Positions 10,780 to 21,038 of a stretch of 64,000 nucleotides of DNA are shown piece after piece. Under the pieces are notes generated by a model. It was not told the origin of the DNA, searched no databases, and saw only the letters and a list, made by a program, of their open reading frames with translations. How positions within the stretch are numbered: position 1 is the stretch's first letter; each line of letters begins with the position of its first letter. Origin of the DNA: a virus (taxonomy: Duplodnaviria > Caudoviricetes); IMG/VR virus record IMGVR_UViG_3300028624_000003, positions 32,001-96,000 of that record, one strand, 5' to 3'. A program made the position numbers and the translations under genes.

Positions 10780-11820
10780 ATGGCCAAACTCCTTTTGGAT
10801 ACCCAATACGCCCACACTGCAGGGCTTAAAGGGCAGATCTCACAAGTCGTCAAATTCCTTGCAATGAATAGGAATGTAGTCATTCCTCCCGGACAACTCG
10901 CACAGATATTCGCAAACCGGCCGATCATGTCGACCGGCATGAATAAACTGTTCGAGAAAATGGTCGAGACTCGTTACATCGATGAGTTCGCTAACATCCT
11001 TCCTGTCTCACAGAAAGGTGCACCGAAATTGTCACTTCCTGATCTTCTCGGATGGACAAACATCACGATCGATCTCAAAGGTGTACAGGATGCGCAGGTG
11101 CTGCATTCCTATCCTGAGATCAGTAACAAGATTCTCGCAAACATCGCATCCCTCGTTCGTATAGAACCAGGACGTACTCCACAGACAACGGATATCAATG
11201 AACTACATAGCATGTATGTTCGTGGTATGTTCGTCAGAAGTTTTGCAGTGTCTGATGGTTGGCTCACACCCATACTCTGCACCTTCCTGATTCAGTCCTA
11301 TTGTCTTCCCATTGCTTCGGTAATAGGAAGAATGGAAAACCTGAATGTGCAAGAAATCAATGTAGTAGCCACTCTGTTTGCACTGTACATGGCACAGATG
11401 CTCAGTCGACATACTGACGACAAAGCACGTCCTCCTTTGCTCTACAGATGTACATTCCTGGGAACCATGCGCGAACTTGATGATATAGCAAATCGAGTCG
11501 CACACATTTCTGGGAACGGGCTGAACATTGCTACAGTGTGCGAACTTGTGGCTGAATTGGGACCTAGCAGGTTGAACAAGTTCAACGCTCATAAGTTCTA
11601 CACCGTCTGCAAATCTCTTGGTCCCAATACAGATGAAATGTCTACTCGTCTCGCTTTCGAGTATCCTCCATACTGGCTCAGTCTGGTACTTCGCGCAGCT
11701 GATGGTTATCGTAGCGGCGCGATCACTGGTTTCTTGAAACAGCATGGTTTGCTCGGTCGACCCAGTGGCGAGTTTGTCAACGGCCTCCTGACTTGTCGCC
11801 AGATGTTCGAGGCGAGATAG
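10780..11820 (+). CDS. Virion structural protein, phiKZ gp28-like
   Basis: Divergent from the sheath gene; GGAG RBS before ATG 10780; assignment by synteny. Confidence 0.55.
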   Translation: MAKLLLDTQYAHTAGLKGQISQVVKFLAMNRNVVIPPGQLAQIFANRPIMSTGMNKLFEKMVETRYIDEFANILPVSQKGAPKLSLPDLLGWTNITIDLKGVQDAQVLHSYPEISNKILANIASLVRIEPGRTPQTTDINELHSMYVRGMFVRSFAVSDGWLTPILCTFLIQSYCLPIASVIGRMENLNVQEINVVATLFALYMAQMLSRHTDDKARPPLLYRCTFLGTMRELDDIANRVAHISGNGLNIATVCELVAELGPSRLNKFNAHKFYTVCKSLGPNTDEMSTRLAFEYPPYWLSLVLRAADGYRSGAITGFLKQHGLLGRPSGEFVNGLLTCRQMFEAR

Positions 11821-11923
11821 ACATTAGAGTAGAGGATTCCCTAGGGAATCCTCTACTCACAATACATGGCTGCCTGAGACTTATTCTATGCCCTTAGGCA
11901 CTAGAACTAAATGGAGATTCACC

Positions 11924-14575
11924 ATGACAGATATGGAGTCTACTCTTCTTAACTCACTTAACCGATTCTGTTTTGATCAAATCTGGAACGAACCGGAAAG
12001 TGAACTGCGTGCAAATATTGTTCCGCAGTTGGTACAGGATCGGTCGTGTAGTGGCTCCATCTATATTGGTGGAACTTACATCGATCTTCCTACCACGAAT
12101 GAACCGTATTTTCTCTACTACATCCCCGATCAGTTGATGTTCGCATTTTCTGCTCGTTCTGTACCTGACCAGTGGCACTCTGCAACTCAGCTCTGCAACG
12201 ATTTCGATATACTGATTCGTACGTACCACCTCAGTGGTAAAATGATGTCGTTCGGTAAGACCTACATCAGAAAGTACGGTACCCAGTATCTGTTAGCAGT
12301 AGCAAAGTCCTCTGCGATTCGTTTGATTCCTCACACCGAAATGAAGAACATTCGGATCACGATGTACTTTGACAGTGATACAGTGAATGCACTCACCATC
12401 AGAAGCTTTGTAGTTCCTACGATTGATGACAACTTGATCGTACGTAGACAAATACACGAGTTCATTCAGCAGTGCCCGCACAACATCGATCATACAACTG
12501 TGTACGTGAACGGATACGAAATTCCTTACACGGGTGTAGACTCGATACCGGTAAATTCTTTTGTGGATGTACTCCATGATGAAAACGAACTACTCTCGTT
12601 TACTGTGGACCTAACTGACCCTAAGAACAATCCCACTTTTTTGAGTGAACGAGACAAATTGCAGAAACTCATAGTGCACACACCTAAATCGCTTAATCCG
12701 ACGAATAAGGTGTTGACGCACAATACTGCAGAGATACATGTCAGAACTATGAATTCTGACGGTACAGTAGGTCGTGGTCTGTATCTTCACAGATGTGCAG
12801 AACATAGCGTAGATCAGCTCACGCATAACGACATCTCCATCCCTACGTATATTCTCGATGCATTTCGTGATTACTTGGGGACACAAGAGATCGCTCTAAA
12901 GATATCGTTCAAACAACACGACAAAGACAATGTACTAATCCGGGATAAGAATTACATCGACCTGCTGTACACGTGTGATGATGCCACAATCATCCAGCAT
13001 CTACTCGGACGTGTAAGTCAGAATCTGGATTTCTGGAAAGCATCGCATCTCGAAAGTAGCGAATACGTTCGAATGATGTTCGACATTCCTAATGTCATCA
13101 CTCCTGAGAACATGTGGGGATACGTCGAGGGTCTCGGTTATTATCACACGATGGCACTTCTGTGCAAGAAGATCATTCATACTGACATCAGTGCATGGTT
13201 CAGTGGAGGAATACATATTCCGAAACCACTACTATTCACTGATACACCCACGTATCCCGTATGTTACCGTAACGGACAAAAGATCAGAAACGATCATGTA
13301 CGTTATCTGGATAACATCCACACCAATGTAGAACTAGCATTTGACGAACACGTCAACTTCACTCCGGGTGATAAACTCACAGTGGAGTTGTTTGTCGATG
13401 GACCCAGTACATGTTTTACTATCGTTCCTTCCGAAGATTCTGCGGCAGTGATACTTCCGTACCATGACTTCGTAGTGATCGAAGAGTTTGATATGGCGTC
13501 CAGTCCTGTACAAGGACTCGATCATGTCGGAACCAAAGTGTATAAAGAGGTCACGAAATTCATAGGGGATATCGTACAGTATCCGACTGACACAGGCATG
13601 CGTCTTGTGTTTGGTCCAAGAATGTACGGAAGGAAGTTCATCATCCAGAATCGTTATTGTGTATACCGGGATGGGAAATATCTCGATCAAGATATCGTCG
13701 CAGGCAACCCGTTGATGGTTCACCTCAATGTGGGAATACGTGATGGCGGATACACTGTACCTATCTGGAATGCAAAGCATACAAAAGTGTACTTGAACGG
13801 AAAGTATTTGGTCGAAGGAGTGGACTACACGATATTCCGACCAAAAGATGCACTAGACCGCATCAGTGCGCAGCAACTCATTCTGAACAACGTAGAGTAT
13901 CTCGTATCCGAGAACAACTACCTCGAATGGATCGTTACCAGCGCACAAGAAGAGAACACCGTCAACGGGTGGGTAGTTAACAACATCGCAGCATCTGAAT
14001 CAGAGCTAGCTCTACTCTTCCCTGAAATGACCATGCTTCATGTCGATGGTCTCTATGAGTCTGCACCTATCGATAGAGGGAACAAAATAGAGCTTCCTGC
14101 TGGTAAATACAGAGAAGGAGCACCTTTCGAAGTGTGCACTACTGTACCTGACTGCATCGATGCGTTTCTTTCTAAGTATCATCCCAATGATGATCTGGAA
14201 AGGTTGACGATATTGAACGAATACTTCTACGGAAAGCAACCGCAGTATCCTGACATTGTCGTTATGCCGCATTCTCACAGATGCTTCAGCCCATATGTGG
14301 TGACCATCATCAGAGATATTCTCAATGGGACACTGCGAGGCATAAGTCTTGATCCTGACGTAGAAAGAATGAAGACACAATTTGCGGCGTATCAGTATCT
14401 GTACGACTGCGACTTGGTGATGCAGTTGAAGTACAATTTGGACTTCGTGGACGTCTTCCCACACTACCGGCAAGTGGTCGTTCCAGACCCTAACACATAT
14501 CGGATTCTGCAAGCATTTATCAATTCGGTGATGCCTGAAGACTCTGTGACCTCAGGAGAGGTGTTCTATGGCTAA
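11924..14575 (+). CDS. Virion structural (baseplate-type) protein, phiKZ gp27-like
   Basis: About 880 aa; GGAG RBS; IWNEP and QLTHNDISIP segments; synteny. Confidence 0.65.
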   Translation: MTDMESTLLNSLNRFCFDQIWNEPESELRANIVPQLVQDRSCSGSIYIGGTYIDLPTTNEPYFLYYIPDQLMFAFSARSVPDQWHSATQLCNDFDILIRTYHLSGKMMSFGKTYIRKYGTQYLLAVAKSSAIRLIPHTEMKNIRITMYFDSDTVNALTIRSFVVPTIDDNLIVRRQIHEFIQQCPHNIDHTTVYVNGYEIPYTGVDSIPVNSFVDVLHDENELLSFTVDLTDPKNNPTFLSERDKLQKLIVHTPKSLNPTNKVLTHNTAEIHVRTMNSDGTVGRGLYLHRCAEHSVDQLTHNDISIPTYILDAFRDYLGTQEIALKISFKQHDKDNVLIRDKNYIDLLYTCDDATIIQHLLGRVSQNLDFWKASHLESSEYVRMMFDIPNVITPENMWGYVEGLGYYHTMALLCKKIIHTDISAWFSGGIHIPKPLLFTDTPTYPVCYRNGQKIRNDHVRYLDNIHTNVELAFDEHVNFTPGDKLTVELFVDGPSTCFTIVPSEDSAAVILPYHDFVVIEEFDMASSPVQGLDHVGTKVYKEVTKFIGDIVQYPTDTGMRLVFGPRMYGRKFIIQNRYCVYRDGKYLDQDIVAGNPLMVHLNVGIRDGGYTVPIWNAKHTKVYLNGKYLVEGVDYTIFRPKDALDRISAQQLILNNVEYLVSENNYLEWIVTSAQEENTVNGWVVNNIAASESELALLFPEMTMLHVDGLYESAPIDRGNKIELPAGKYREGAPFEVCTTVPDCIDAFLSKYHPNDDLERLTILNEYFYGKQPQYPDIVVMPHSHRCFSPYVVTIIRDILNGTLRGISLDPDVERMKTQFAAYQYLYDCDLVMQLKYNLDFVDVFPHYRQVVVPDPNTYRILQAFINSVMPEDSVTSGEVFYG

Positions 14576-16253
14576 CACGCCACTCTATCTTCTTAAAGAC
14601 AGACGACCTGACTCATGCTTCTTGGACCAGATATACGATCCAGATCGTGATGGTCCTCCTAGCGACGGAATGGCTCATGTCATTCCCAGAGAAGGTGCAG
14701 CTGTCTTCGATCGTGACAACAACTACGCAATCTACACTGTGATTGCTGTGGATCCGATCACGTACAAGTCGACGATCGCACCTGCGAAGATCGTTAAGAC
14801 GTCAGAAGGCGAAGAAATACGTGTCATCTCCTACGGTAACGACAAGTTCATGCTGTACTACGATGATCGTGTGAAGCCCACAGAACTGAACATCAGTGGC
14901 AACCTGATGCTGTTTGGTTCTTCGCTTGCTGACTACCGACTGCACCGAATTGGAGCGGACGGTAAGAAGGAATTCATCTCTTTGTATGTCGATACCAATG
15001 AAACATATAAGGGTGATCGCATTCCTCTCGCTGCACTCACTCCCGGAAGCCCGATAAAGAAGTGCACGAACTGTCACACTCTCAGCACATTGCGAGATGG
15101 TGAAACAGTCACACTTGAAATTCACGATCATGCAGGACTTCTTGCAGTAGAACTGCAACTGTTTGTAAAGAGAGGCATTCCCTGGAACGATCTTCTCTCG
15201 AACACCAGCGTAGTGGTGGGGTTCGATGCCACTGCCAACCAGATGCGCGGAAGTGATTTCTACATCCACCAGCGGCAGCCTGTGAACCAGTTGGTCATCA
15301 GCCCTCGATTGACCTATTCTGACGGAAGTACTGAAGATCTGGTCGTTGACAATGTCTCGTGTTTCCTCTATGGACTTGAAACATTTGTCCCTTCTTTCCC
15401 GGGACAACGCCAGAAGATTCTTCTGAAGAAATACCTCGGAAGAAATCAAGTATCTCCCAATCAGGAAGTTGTAGGGAAGATGCGGTTTCTCACTTTGTAC
15501 AAGTGGGTCACTGTCATCACCAACAAAAGTATGGATGGTATCAAAGTATCTGTCATGCCGCAGTGGAATCCTGCGACAAGAAAGTACGATCTGAGATTTA
15601 TTGCATACTCCGATCGTCGGGACAAGATCTACGATGTTACGCCATATGCCGAACTCATCACCAGCTTCGATGGTGGAATTTTCAACATGCCGCAAAACGT
15701 GCTGTTTGAAATCGATCTTTCGAAGATCTTCGGTGCTGAAGCTTCTGTTCTCTATCGTCAAAATGTTGTACTGAACTTGAAACACTATAACGAGTTTCAG
15801 CGGTACACCATCTCTGACGGAGTAGATTCTCCGTATACGTACGGGGTCGAATCGAGCGATATGCGGAGACCTGTGGTACATTACGATGGAACACTTCATC
15901 AGTACTACATTCCCACCTCACGGTTCCTGAACAAGGAAGCATTCATTGAAGCTTACTACACCGCCGCGATGCCTCCGTACGATCCCGATCTTGAACTTGG
16001 TCCGGTACCCCCGACCCATTTCACGATTCGTGATCCCGGAACGTTAGCGACGATCATCACGGATCCGATCCCTGTTGATCAGTACACACAAGCCTGGAAC
16101 ACTCTTTCCACAGGAGATCCTGGTCAGTATGTAGGTGGACAGGTCATCGTAGAGTTTCTCCGTGAAATGAGCGGACAATACCAGATGCTCTACGGAGTTC
16201 CGGTGGATGTTCATCTGAGTCCTTCTGGCTATAACACTGAAAATAACCCATAA
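14568..16253 (+). CDS. Virion structural protein, phiKZ gp26-like
   Basis: 561 aa, overlaps the upstream stop; P.PTHF motif near the C-terminus; synteny. Confidence 0.65.
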   Translation: MANTPLYLLKDRRPDSCFLDQIYDPDRDGPPSDGMAHVIPREGAAVFDRDNNYAIYTVIAVDPITYKSTIAPAKIVKTSEGEEIRVISYGNDKFMLYYDDRVKPTELNISGNLMLFGSSLADYRLHRIGADGKKEFISLYVDTNETYKGDRIPLAALTPGSPIKKCTNCHTLSTLRDGETVTLEIHDHAGLLAVELQLFVKRGIPWNDLLSNTSVVVGFDATANQMRGSDFYIHQRQPVNQLVISPRLTYSDGSTEDLVVDNVSCFLYGLETFVPSFPGQRQKILLKKYLGRNQVSPNQEVVGKMRFLTLYKWVTVITNKSMDGIKVSVMPQWNPATRKYDLRFIAYSDRRDKIYDVTPYAELITSFDGGIFNMPQNVLFEIDLSKIFGAEASVLYRQNVVLNLKHYNEFQRYTISDGVDSPYTYGVESSDMRRPVVHYDGTLHQYYIPTSRFLNKEAFIEAYYTAAMPPYDPDLELGPVPPTHFTIRDPGTLATIITDPIPVDQYTQAWNTLSTGDPGQYVGGQVIVEFLREMSGQYQMLYGVPVDVHLSPSGYNTENNP

Positions 16254-16360
16254 ACAGATAGTCTGCTCACCGGAGTGAGCAGACTATCTGATCATTGTGT
16301 GAATGTCTAACAACGTCCGATATTTATTTTTTTGGAGTTTATAAAAAAATGGAGTAAACC

Positions 16361-17116
16361 ATGAGTCTGTACGTCAAAGGATCTAACAATAAATGGAGTA
16401 GGGTGAACTTGTATATCAAAACAGTCGTAGGCTGGAAAGAAATCAAGAACATCTACACGAAAACAATTTCAGGTTGGCGACCTATTTGGGTCTACAACTG
16501 GTTCACTGGTGACTGGTCTGCATGTTCAGCTAACTGTGGTGGTGGTACTCAGTCCAGAAGCGTGGTGTGTCAGAGAAATGATGGTGTGCGTAAGCCGGAT
16601 TTATTTTGTTCCGATATTGTAAAACCTGCTTCGCAGAAAGTATGTAACTCCCAGCCATGTGGAGAACTTACTACCAGATTTTCAGACTGCACATACTGCT
16701 GTCCACAATGGGGCTCGTGTATTTCAAATACGTTATACATGAATCTAGAAACTCCCATCGAAGTCCCTGGTGTTTATGGTCTGTATTTGGACTACAAATT
16801 GACGTACGAATGTAGGCGGCGATGCGGTGCTGGTGACTTGAGACTGATGGATACGTCAGGGATTCGTATATACCACAGTGTATCTTCAGATAAAACTAAT
16901 TGGGAGTTAGGAAAAATAAATCAGCACTGGGACGTATATGGTAAAGCTAACAATCCCATCTCAGTACAAAGGTATAATGAGTATTTGGGGGAAGTGTCAT
17001 TCACTCAGCCGACGTCTATGTTCGTATACAGAGCATGGACACAGAGAAGAGAGCACGACCATGGATTTGGTATTTGGGATATGGTAGTACGAGCGAGATA
17101 TCTTAGACCACTATAG
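16361..17116 (+). CDS. Thrombospondin type-1 repeat protein, probable virion appendage
   Basis: WFTGDWSACSANCGGGTQSRSVVC...C....KP.SQKVCNSQPC fits the TSP1 consensus; N-terminal YxKx4-5W repeats; GGAG RBS. Confidence 0.85.
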   Translation: MSLYVKGSNNKWSRVNLYIKTVVGWKEIKNIYTKTISGWRPIWVYNWFTGDWSACSANCGGGTQSRSVVCQRNDGVRKPDLFCSDIVKPASQKVCNSQPCGELTTRFSDCTYCCPQWGSCISNTLYMNLETPIEVPGVYGLYLDYKLTYECRRRCGAGDLRLMDTSGIRIYHSVSSDKTNWELGKINQHWDVYGKANNPISVQRYNEYLGEVSFTQPTSMFVYRAWTQRREHDHGFGIWDMVVRARYLRPL

Positions 17117-17190
17117 TGGACAGAGATCTACCTAGTCCATTGGACTAGGTAGATCTTTCTATGCTTATATACCTATTGGAGGCACGAAAT

Positions 17191-17441
17191 ATGAGTCTCT
17201 TCGTAAAAGATAACGCATCGAAATGGAAAAAGCCAACTTGTATACAAAAATTGCTACAGGTTGGAAAGAAGTAAAGAGCGTCTACGTAAAAACCACAAAC
17301 GGTTGGAAACCTATTTGGGCCTATAGCTGGAAAATAGGTACACGGGGTTCGCAGATAGAAGAAATTACCGCGGTCGTACATTCTACATTCACCGAGCCGG
17401 ACCTAGCTTCACCTGCTCACTTTAAACCACGTGAGGAGTGA
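17191..17441 (+). pseudogene. Frameshifted short paralog of the TSP1 protein N-terminus
   Basis: GGAGG RBS, ATG 17191; MSLFVKDNASKWK then, in the -1 frame, KANLYTKIATGWKEVKSVYVKTTNGWKPIWAYSW; aligns without gaps to the 16361 protein. Confidence 0.7.
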
Positions 17442-18700
17442 CATACATGAACATACGTGAACTGTACGTTAAGCAAGGAAGGACCATCAGGACCCTATCT
17501 TTTGCTGACAATACACCAGAAGAAATACGCTCATTCTCGGCACTGAATACGTCGTTTTTCATCGACGTCGAGAAAGATGCAGAAACTGTCGTTACAGTGA
17601 ATCTGTCTCACTTGATGCTCGAAACTATCATCGGTCAGTGTACTACGTGGAATGAGATAGGTACACTACTCACTGGCGTGATGGTGGATTCTTACAGTAC
17701 AGATATTCCCAACCTCGATAATCCGAAGTTTGCAGTACGTACCACAGATCCTTTGAAAGCAGAAGAATTCGAGGTGGGATATACCTGCATTGACACACCA
17801 GAAGATCGAAACGTAAAGATCTTTCGAGATCGTCTAATAGATCTGGTAATCACAAAACACGGAGAAGGTCCGATAAACTTGGATACGTCTCTTTGTTTCG
17901 TGAATGGACTAGTATCTCGTCCGATTATGTACAAAGGAGAAATGCTCGTCTCCAGAGGAGCAGAATTCTTCTCTGCCAGCAGTAAGCTACGGCATCCTGA
18001 CATCATGTTGATGGACTTCAAGGAATTGGGAGATATCGAAATTATCCCATTTTCTGAATGCCGTATAAAGTACCGGAACAAAAAGAATACACCGGATCTC
18101 TACTCTGATATGGAGTTCATACTTCCTGAACAAGTAGACCTCAGAACATCTGTGGTATTTCCGGTATTCGCATACTCGATGTACTTTCCGAACGTACTGA
18201 CCGCAGTGACTCATCGATCTCTGGTAGTGAATCATGCTGATCTTTCTATCGGGAGATCTCTACTCAATGCCGCATACTCTTCGGCAAACTATCTGAATCA
18301 GTCTTACGTTATGGAAGCTGAGGCGATAGAAAAGTACGTCTACGAGACCATGTCGCAGAAAGACCACTATGGTGCATTCTTCGTGATAGTCAAGCATCCT
18401 TCGATATGGATCAAGGAAGAACCCCTTTGCAAATTCGCAGGGGATGTAGAAAGTGGTCTCGTTCGTGACGGTATATTGTTCAATGCAGCAATGCAGTCGT
18501 TTATGTCTTACAACCGAATGATGTATAACGACATCACTGACGTATACCACACACCACTCCCGTCAATTCTCGAGATAGACACCAACGAAAATGGTAAAGG
18601 TGCTCTTGCACTTGAATCTACTCGGTGTCTGCATGCCGGTGAGTATTTGCAAGACCATAGCACAGGTCAGTTCAGTATGATCAAGATCATGAAGCTCTAG
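17438..18700 (+). CDS. Hypothetical protein, probably structural
   Basis: 420 aa ORF inside the structural cluster. Confidence 0.75.
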   Translation: MTYMNIRELYVKQGRTIRTLSFADNTPEEIRSFSALNTSFFIDVEKDAETVVTVNLSHLMLETIIGQCTTWNEIGTLLTGVMVDSYSTDIPNLDNPKFAVRTTDPLKAEEFEVGYTCIDTPEDRNVKIFRDRLIDLVITKHGEGPINLDTSLCFVNGLVSRPIMYKGEMLVSRGAEFFSASSKLRHPDIMLMDFKELGDIEIIPFSECRIKYRNKKNTPDLYSDMEFILPEQVDLRTSVVFPVFAYSMYFPNVLTAVTHRSLVVNHADLSIGRSLLNAAYSSANYLNQSYVMEAEAIEKYVYETMSQKDHYGAFFVIVKHPSIWIKEEPLCKFAGDVESGLVRDGILFNAAMQSFMSYNRMMYNDITDVYHTPLPSILEIDTNENGKGALALESTRCLHAGEYLQDHSTGQFSMIKIMKL

Positions 18701-18774
18701 ATGGTGTGGGGTGCTGAAAGGCACCCCATGACCTATTTTATGCGATATCACACTACGCACAAGGATGTCTAACT

Positions 18775-19455
18775 ATGGCTAGTATAGCTCCCTATTTTCA
18801 AAAAACTGGTGACTCATTCATCTTCAAAGGTAAGAAGCTCCTTGTAAAAATACCCAGAAGATATGAGACTCGTAATTTGCTGCAGGTCGGAGAAGATATA
18901 ACCACGCTCGCAGTTTTTGAAATGGTAATCGACGACAAAGTGACCTGCGGATTCTTTCTCCCCGCAGTGATTACCATGTTTCCTTCGAACACGTACACAG
19001 GTACTGAAGATGGTGTGGATCTGCTATATGCAGAATTTGTACAGGGTGACAAATTCATAGCTAACCGCACTGTTCTGAAGCGAAATTATATCGCATACCA
19101 AATGTTTGTGGAGTTTATCACATTGGGGAACTTCCCAAAATTCATAACCTACGAACATGTGCTCAGGATCTTTGGTAGATGCAAAGACATCTGCGATGCA
19201 GATCTACGTACCGATAGTAGCGTGTTTGAGTTGATTTACTCTCACCTTGCACGCGATCCTGACAATCTGAACATCAAGTATCGCATGTCCAATATGAAGA
19301 AGCCGGCAAAATTCATTGCTCTGAGTTCTGTCACTTACGGAGCAGACAGTACATCGGCCAAACTCATTGGCGCTTACATGTCGGACGGTATCAACTCGGC
19401 AATCGTCAACCAGTCGACTGAGCATAGTCAGCTGGAAGATTTGCTGCGCACATAA
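18775..19455 (+). CDS. Conserved-type jumbo phage protein next to the prohead protease
   Basis: 226 aa; C-terminal KLIGAYMSDGINSAI...LEDLLR. Confidence 0.7.
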   Translation: MASIAPYFQKTGDSFIFKGKKLLVKIPRRYETRNLLQVGEDITTLAVFEMVIDDKVTCGFFLPAVITMFPSNTYTGTEDGVDLLYAEFVQGDKFIANRTVLKRNYIAYQMFVEFITLGNFPKFITYEHVLRIFGRCKDICDADLRTDSSVFELIYSHLARDPDNLNIKYRMSNMKKPAKFIALSSVTYGADSTSAKLIGAYMSDGINSAIVNQSTEHSQLEDLLRT

Positions 19456-19480
19456 ATTCATATTTAGGGAGTTTACTACA

Positions 19481-20308
19481 ATGGCTATACCCTCGATCAT
19501 TCCCACGAACAAAGTGTACTTTGCAGTTCAGGTGCTGGACCAGTTGGACGGCAAAAAGCTGCGTGCTCTTCGTCCTGACGAAAATGGCTACTACCAAGTG
19601 GTTCTGGCGATGCTGGATGCCACATCGCGTAACAATGCCTATTACGACGTTGATAGTCTTGTAAGAGAAATCAACGAGCCTTCCTCTGTATTCAATCAGA
19701 CGCTTACGCAAGGTAACCTGCGTGGAGAGTGGGGTCATCCTCCGATGGATTCCACACTGGAACGTATCCAGACGATTGATGAAAGTCGCATCTCCCACCA
19801 CATCAGCAGACTGTGGACTGGAGACCGTACAGAGCGAGGCATTCCTCTCTACGGTTCAATCCGTCCTTCTGGTCCTTTCAAGCAGGTACTGGAAGACTCG
19901 CTTCTTAACCCCAAGGAAAACACCACGTTCTCGTTGCGTTGTCTGATGAAGCAGCGTGTAGATGCGGTGAACAAACGTATGCACCGTACAGTGACTCGTC
20001 TCGTCACCTTCGACTACGTGAACATGCCGGGATATATGGAAGCATCCAAGTGGTTCGCTCCTGGTACCGAATCGTTCAACGGTTATATGGCAGAGATCAC
20101 TCCTGATCAGATCTTCGATGACCAGGGAAAGATCGTCGGTCTTGAATCTTGGTCGGATCAAGAACTTGCAGATTTGTTCGGGGTTCATGAGGTACAGATC
20201 GGGAATCTGCGAATGAGTGCATATCGTTCTGGTACCGGTACCTACTATGACGAACGTGGTAACAAACGGTCCGCAGTGCATGCGATGCTGCGTACTCAGC
20301 GGAGGTAA
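19481..20308 (+). CDS. Prohead protease, phiKZ gp175-like
   Basis: LRGEWGHP (His), FSLR (Ser) and TFDYVNMPG (Asp) motifs; GGAG RBS before ATG 19481. Confidence 0.9.
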   Translation: MAIPSIIPTNKVYFAVQVLDQLDGKKLRALRPDENGYYQVVLAMLDATSRNNAYYDVDSLVREINEPSSVFNQTLTQGNLRGEWGHPPMDSTLERIQTIDESRISHHISRLWTGDRTERGIPLYGSIRPSGPFKQVLEDSLLNPKENTTFSLRCLMKQRVDAVNKRMHRTVTRLVTFDYVNMPGYMEASKWFAPGTESFNGYMAEITPDQIFDDQGKIVGLESWSDQELADLFGVHEVQIGNLRMSAYRSGTGTYYDERGNKRSAVHAMLRTQRR

Positions 20309-20310
20309 CC

Positions 20311-21027
20311 ATGCGCGGATTGAGACAAATTGTTCGTATGTCGAGCGAACCAGAAATACCGCACAGCGATGAAAATCGTGCGATGATGCTCGTAGGTATG
20401 GAGTCGATGGATTCTCGAGAAGAACCCAGCGGACATCAGCCGTGGCACGCATCGTACGATCTGGAGAAACTTCCTTACTGCCCTGTGTATTTCGTAGAGA
20501 CTGTCACGGAAAAGCATGCGGGGGGTAAAACCCACAAACTTTTCCGTGCACACATCACGTCTACGATAGAAACCATAGAAGAGTACTTCACACTTCTCGA
20601 GGTCCTGTACAGTATGGGAGAAGATGATATCATCGAGATACTCATCGACTCTCCTGGTGGTTACATCAACACCGGTGCAACTATCGCTACTGCGATCAGG
20701 TCTTGTAAGGGTAGAGTGATCACACATGCAGTCGGTCTCTGCGCTTCATCCGGATCCTTGATCTGGTCTGCAGGGCATGAGTGTGTTTGCTCGTCTATGG
20801 CTACCTTCATGTGGCACATGTCTTCGCATGGTAGTTACGGAAACTCTATCACTGTTCAACGTGACGCAGAAGCCCAGGTGGACTTTGTGAGAAAGGTCTT
20901 CCTCGATATTTCCTTCAAGAAGGGTCATATCACGAGAGAAGAAGTCGATCGTATCTGCTCAGTACCAGACGAAGCAGTCTGGATTACTGCAGAAGAAATG
21001 AACCGTCGTCTGGCAGCAGCTGCGTAA
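20311..21027 (+). CDS. ClpP-like protease
   Basis: LIDSPGG, CASSGS (nucleophile Ser), FMWH (His), D...WITAEE. Confidence 0.85.
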   Translation: MRGLRQIVRMSSEPEIPHSDENRAMMLVGMESMDSREEPSGHQPWHASYDLEKLPYCPVYFVETVTEKHAGGKTHKLFRAHITSTIETIEEYFTLLEVLYSMGEDDIIEILIDSPGGYINTGATIATAIRSCKGRVITHAVGLCASSGSLIWSAGHECVCSSMATFMWHMSSHGSYGNSITVQRDAEAQVDFVRKVFLDISFKKGHITREEVDRICSVPDEAVWITAEEMNRRLAAAA

Positions 21028-21038
21028 GGTGGTGACAT

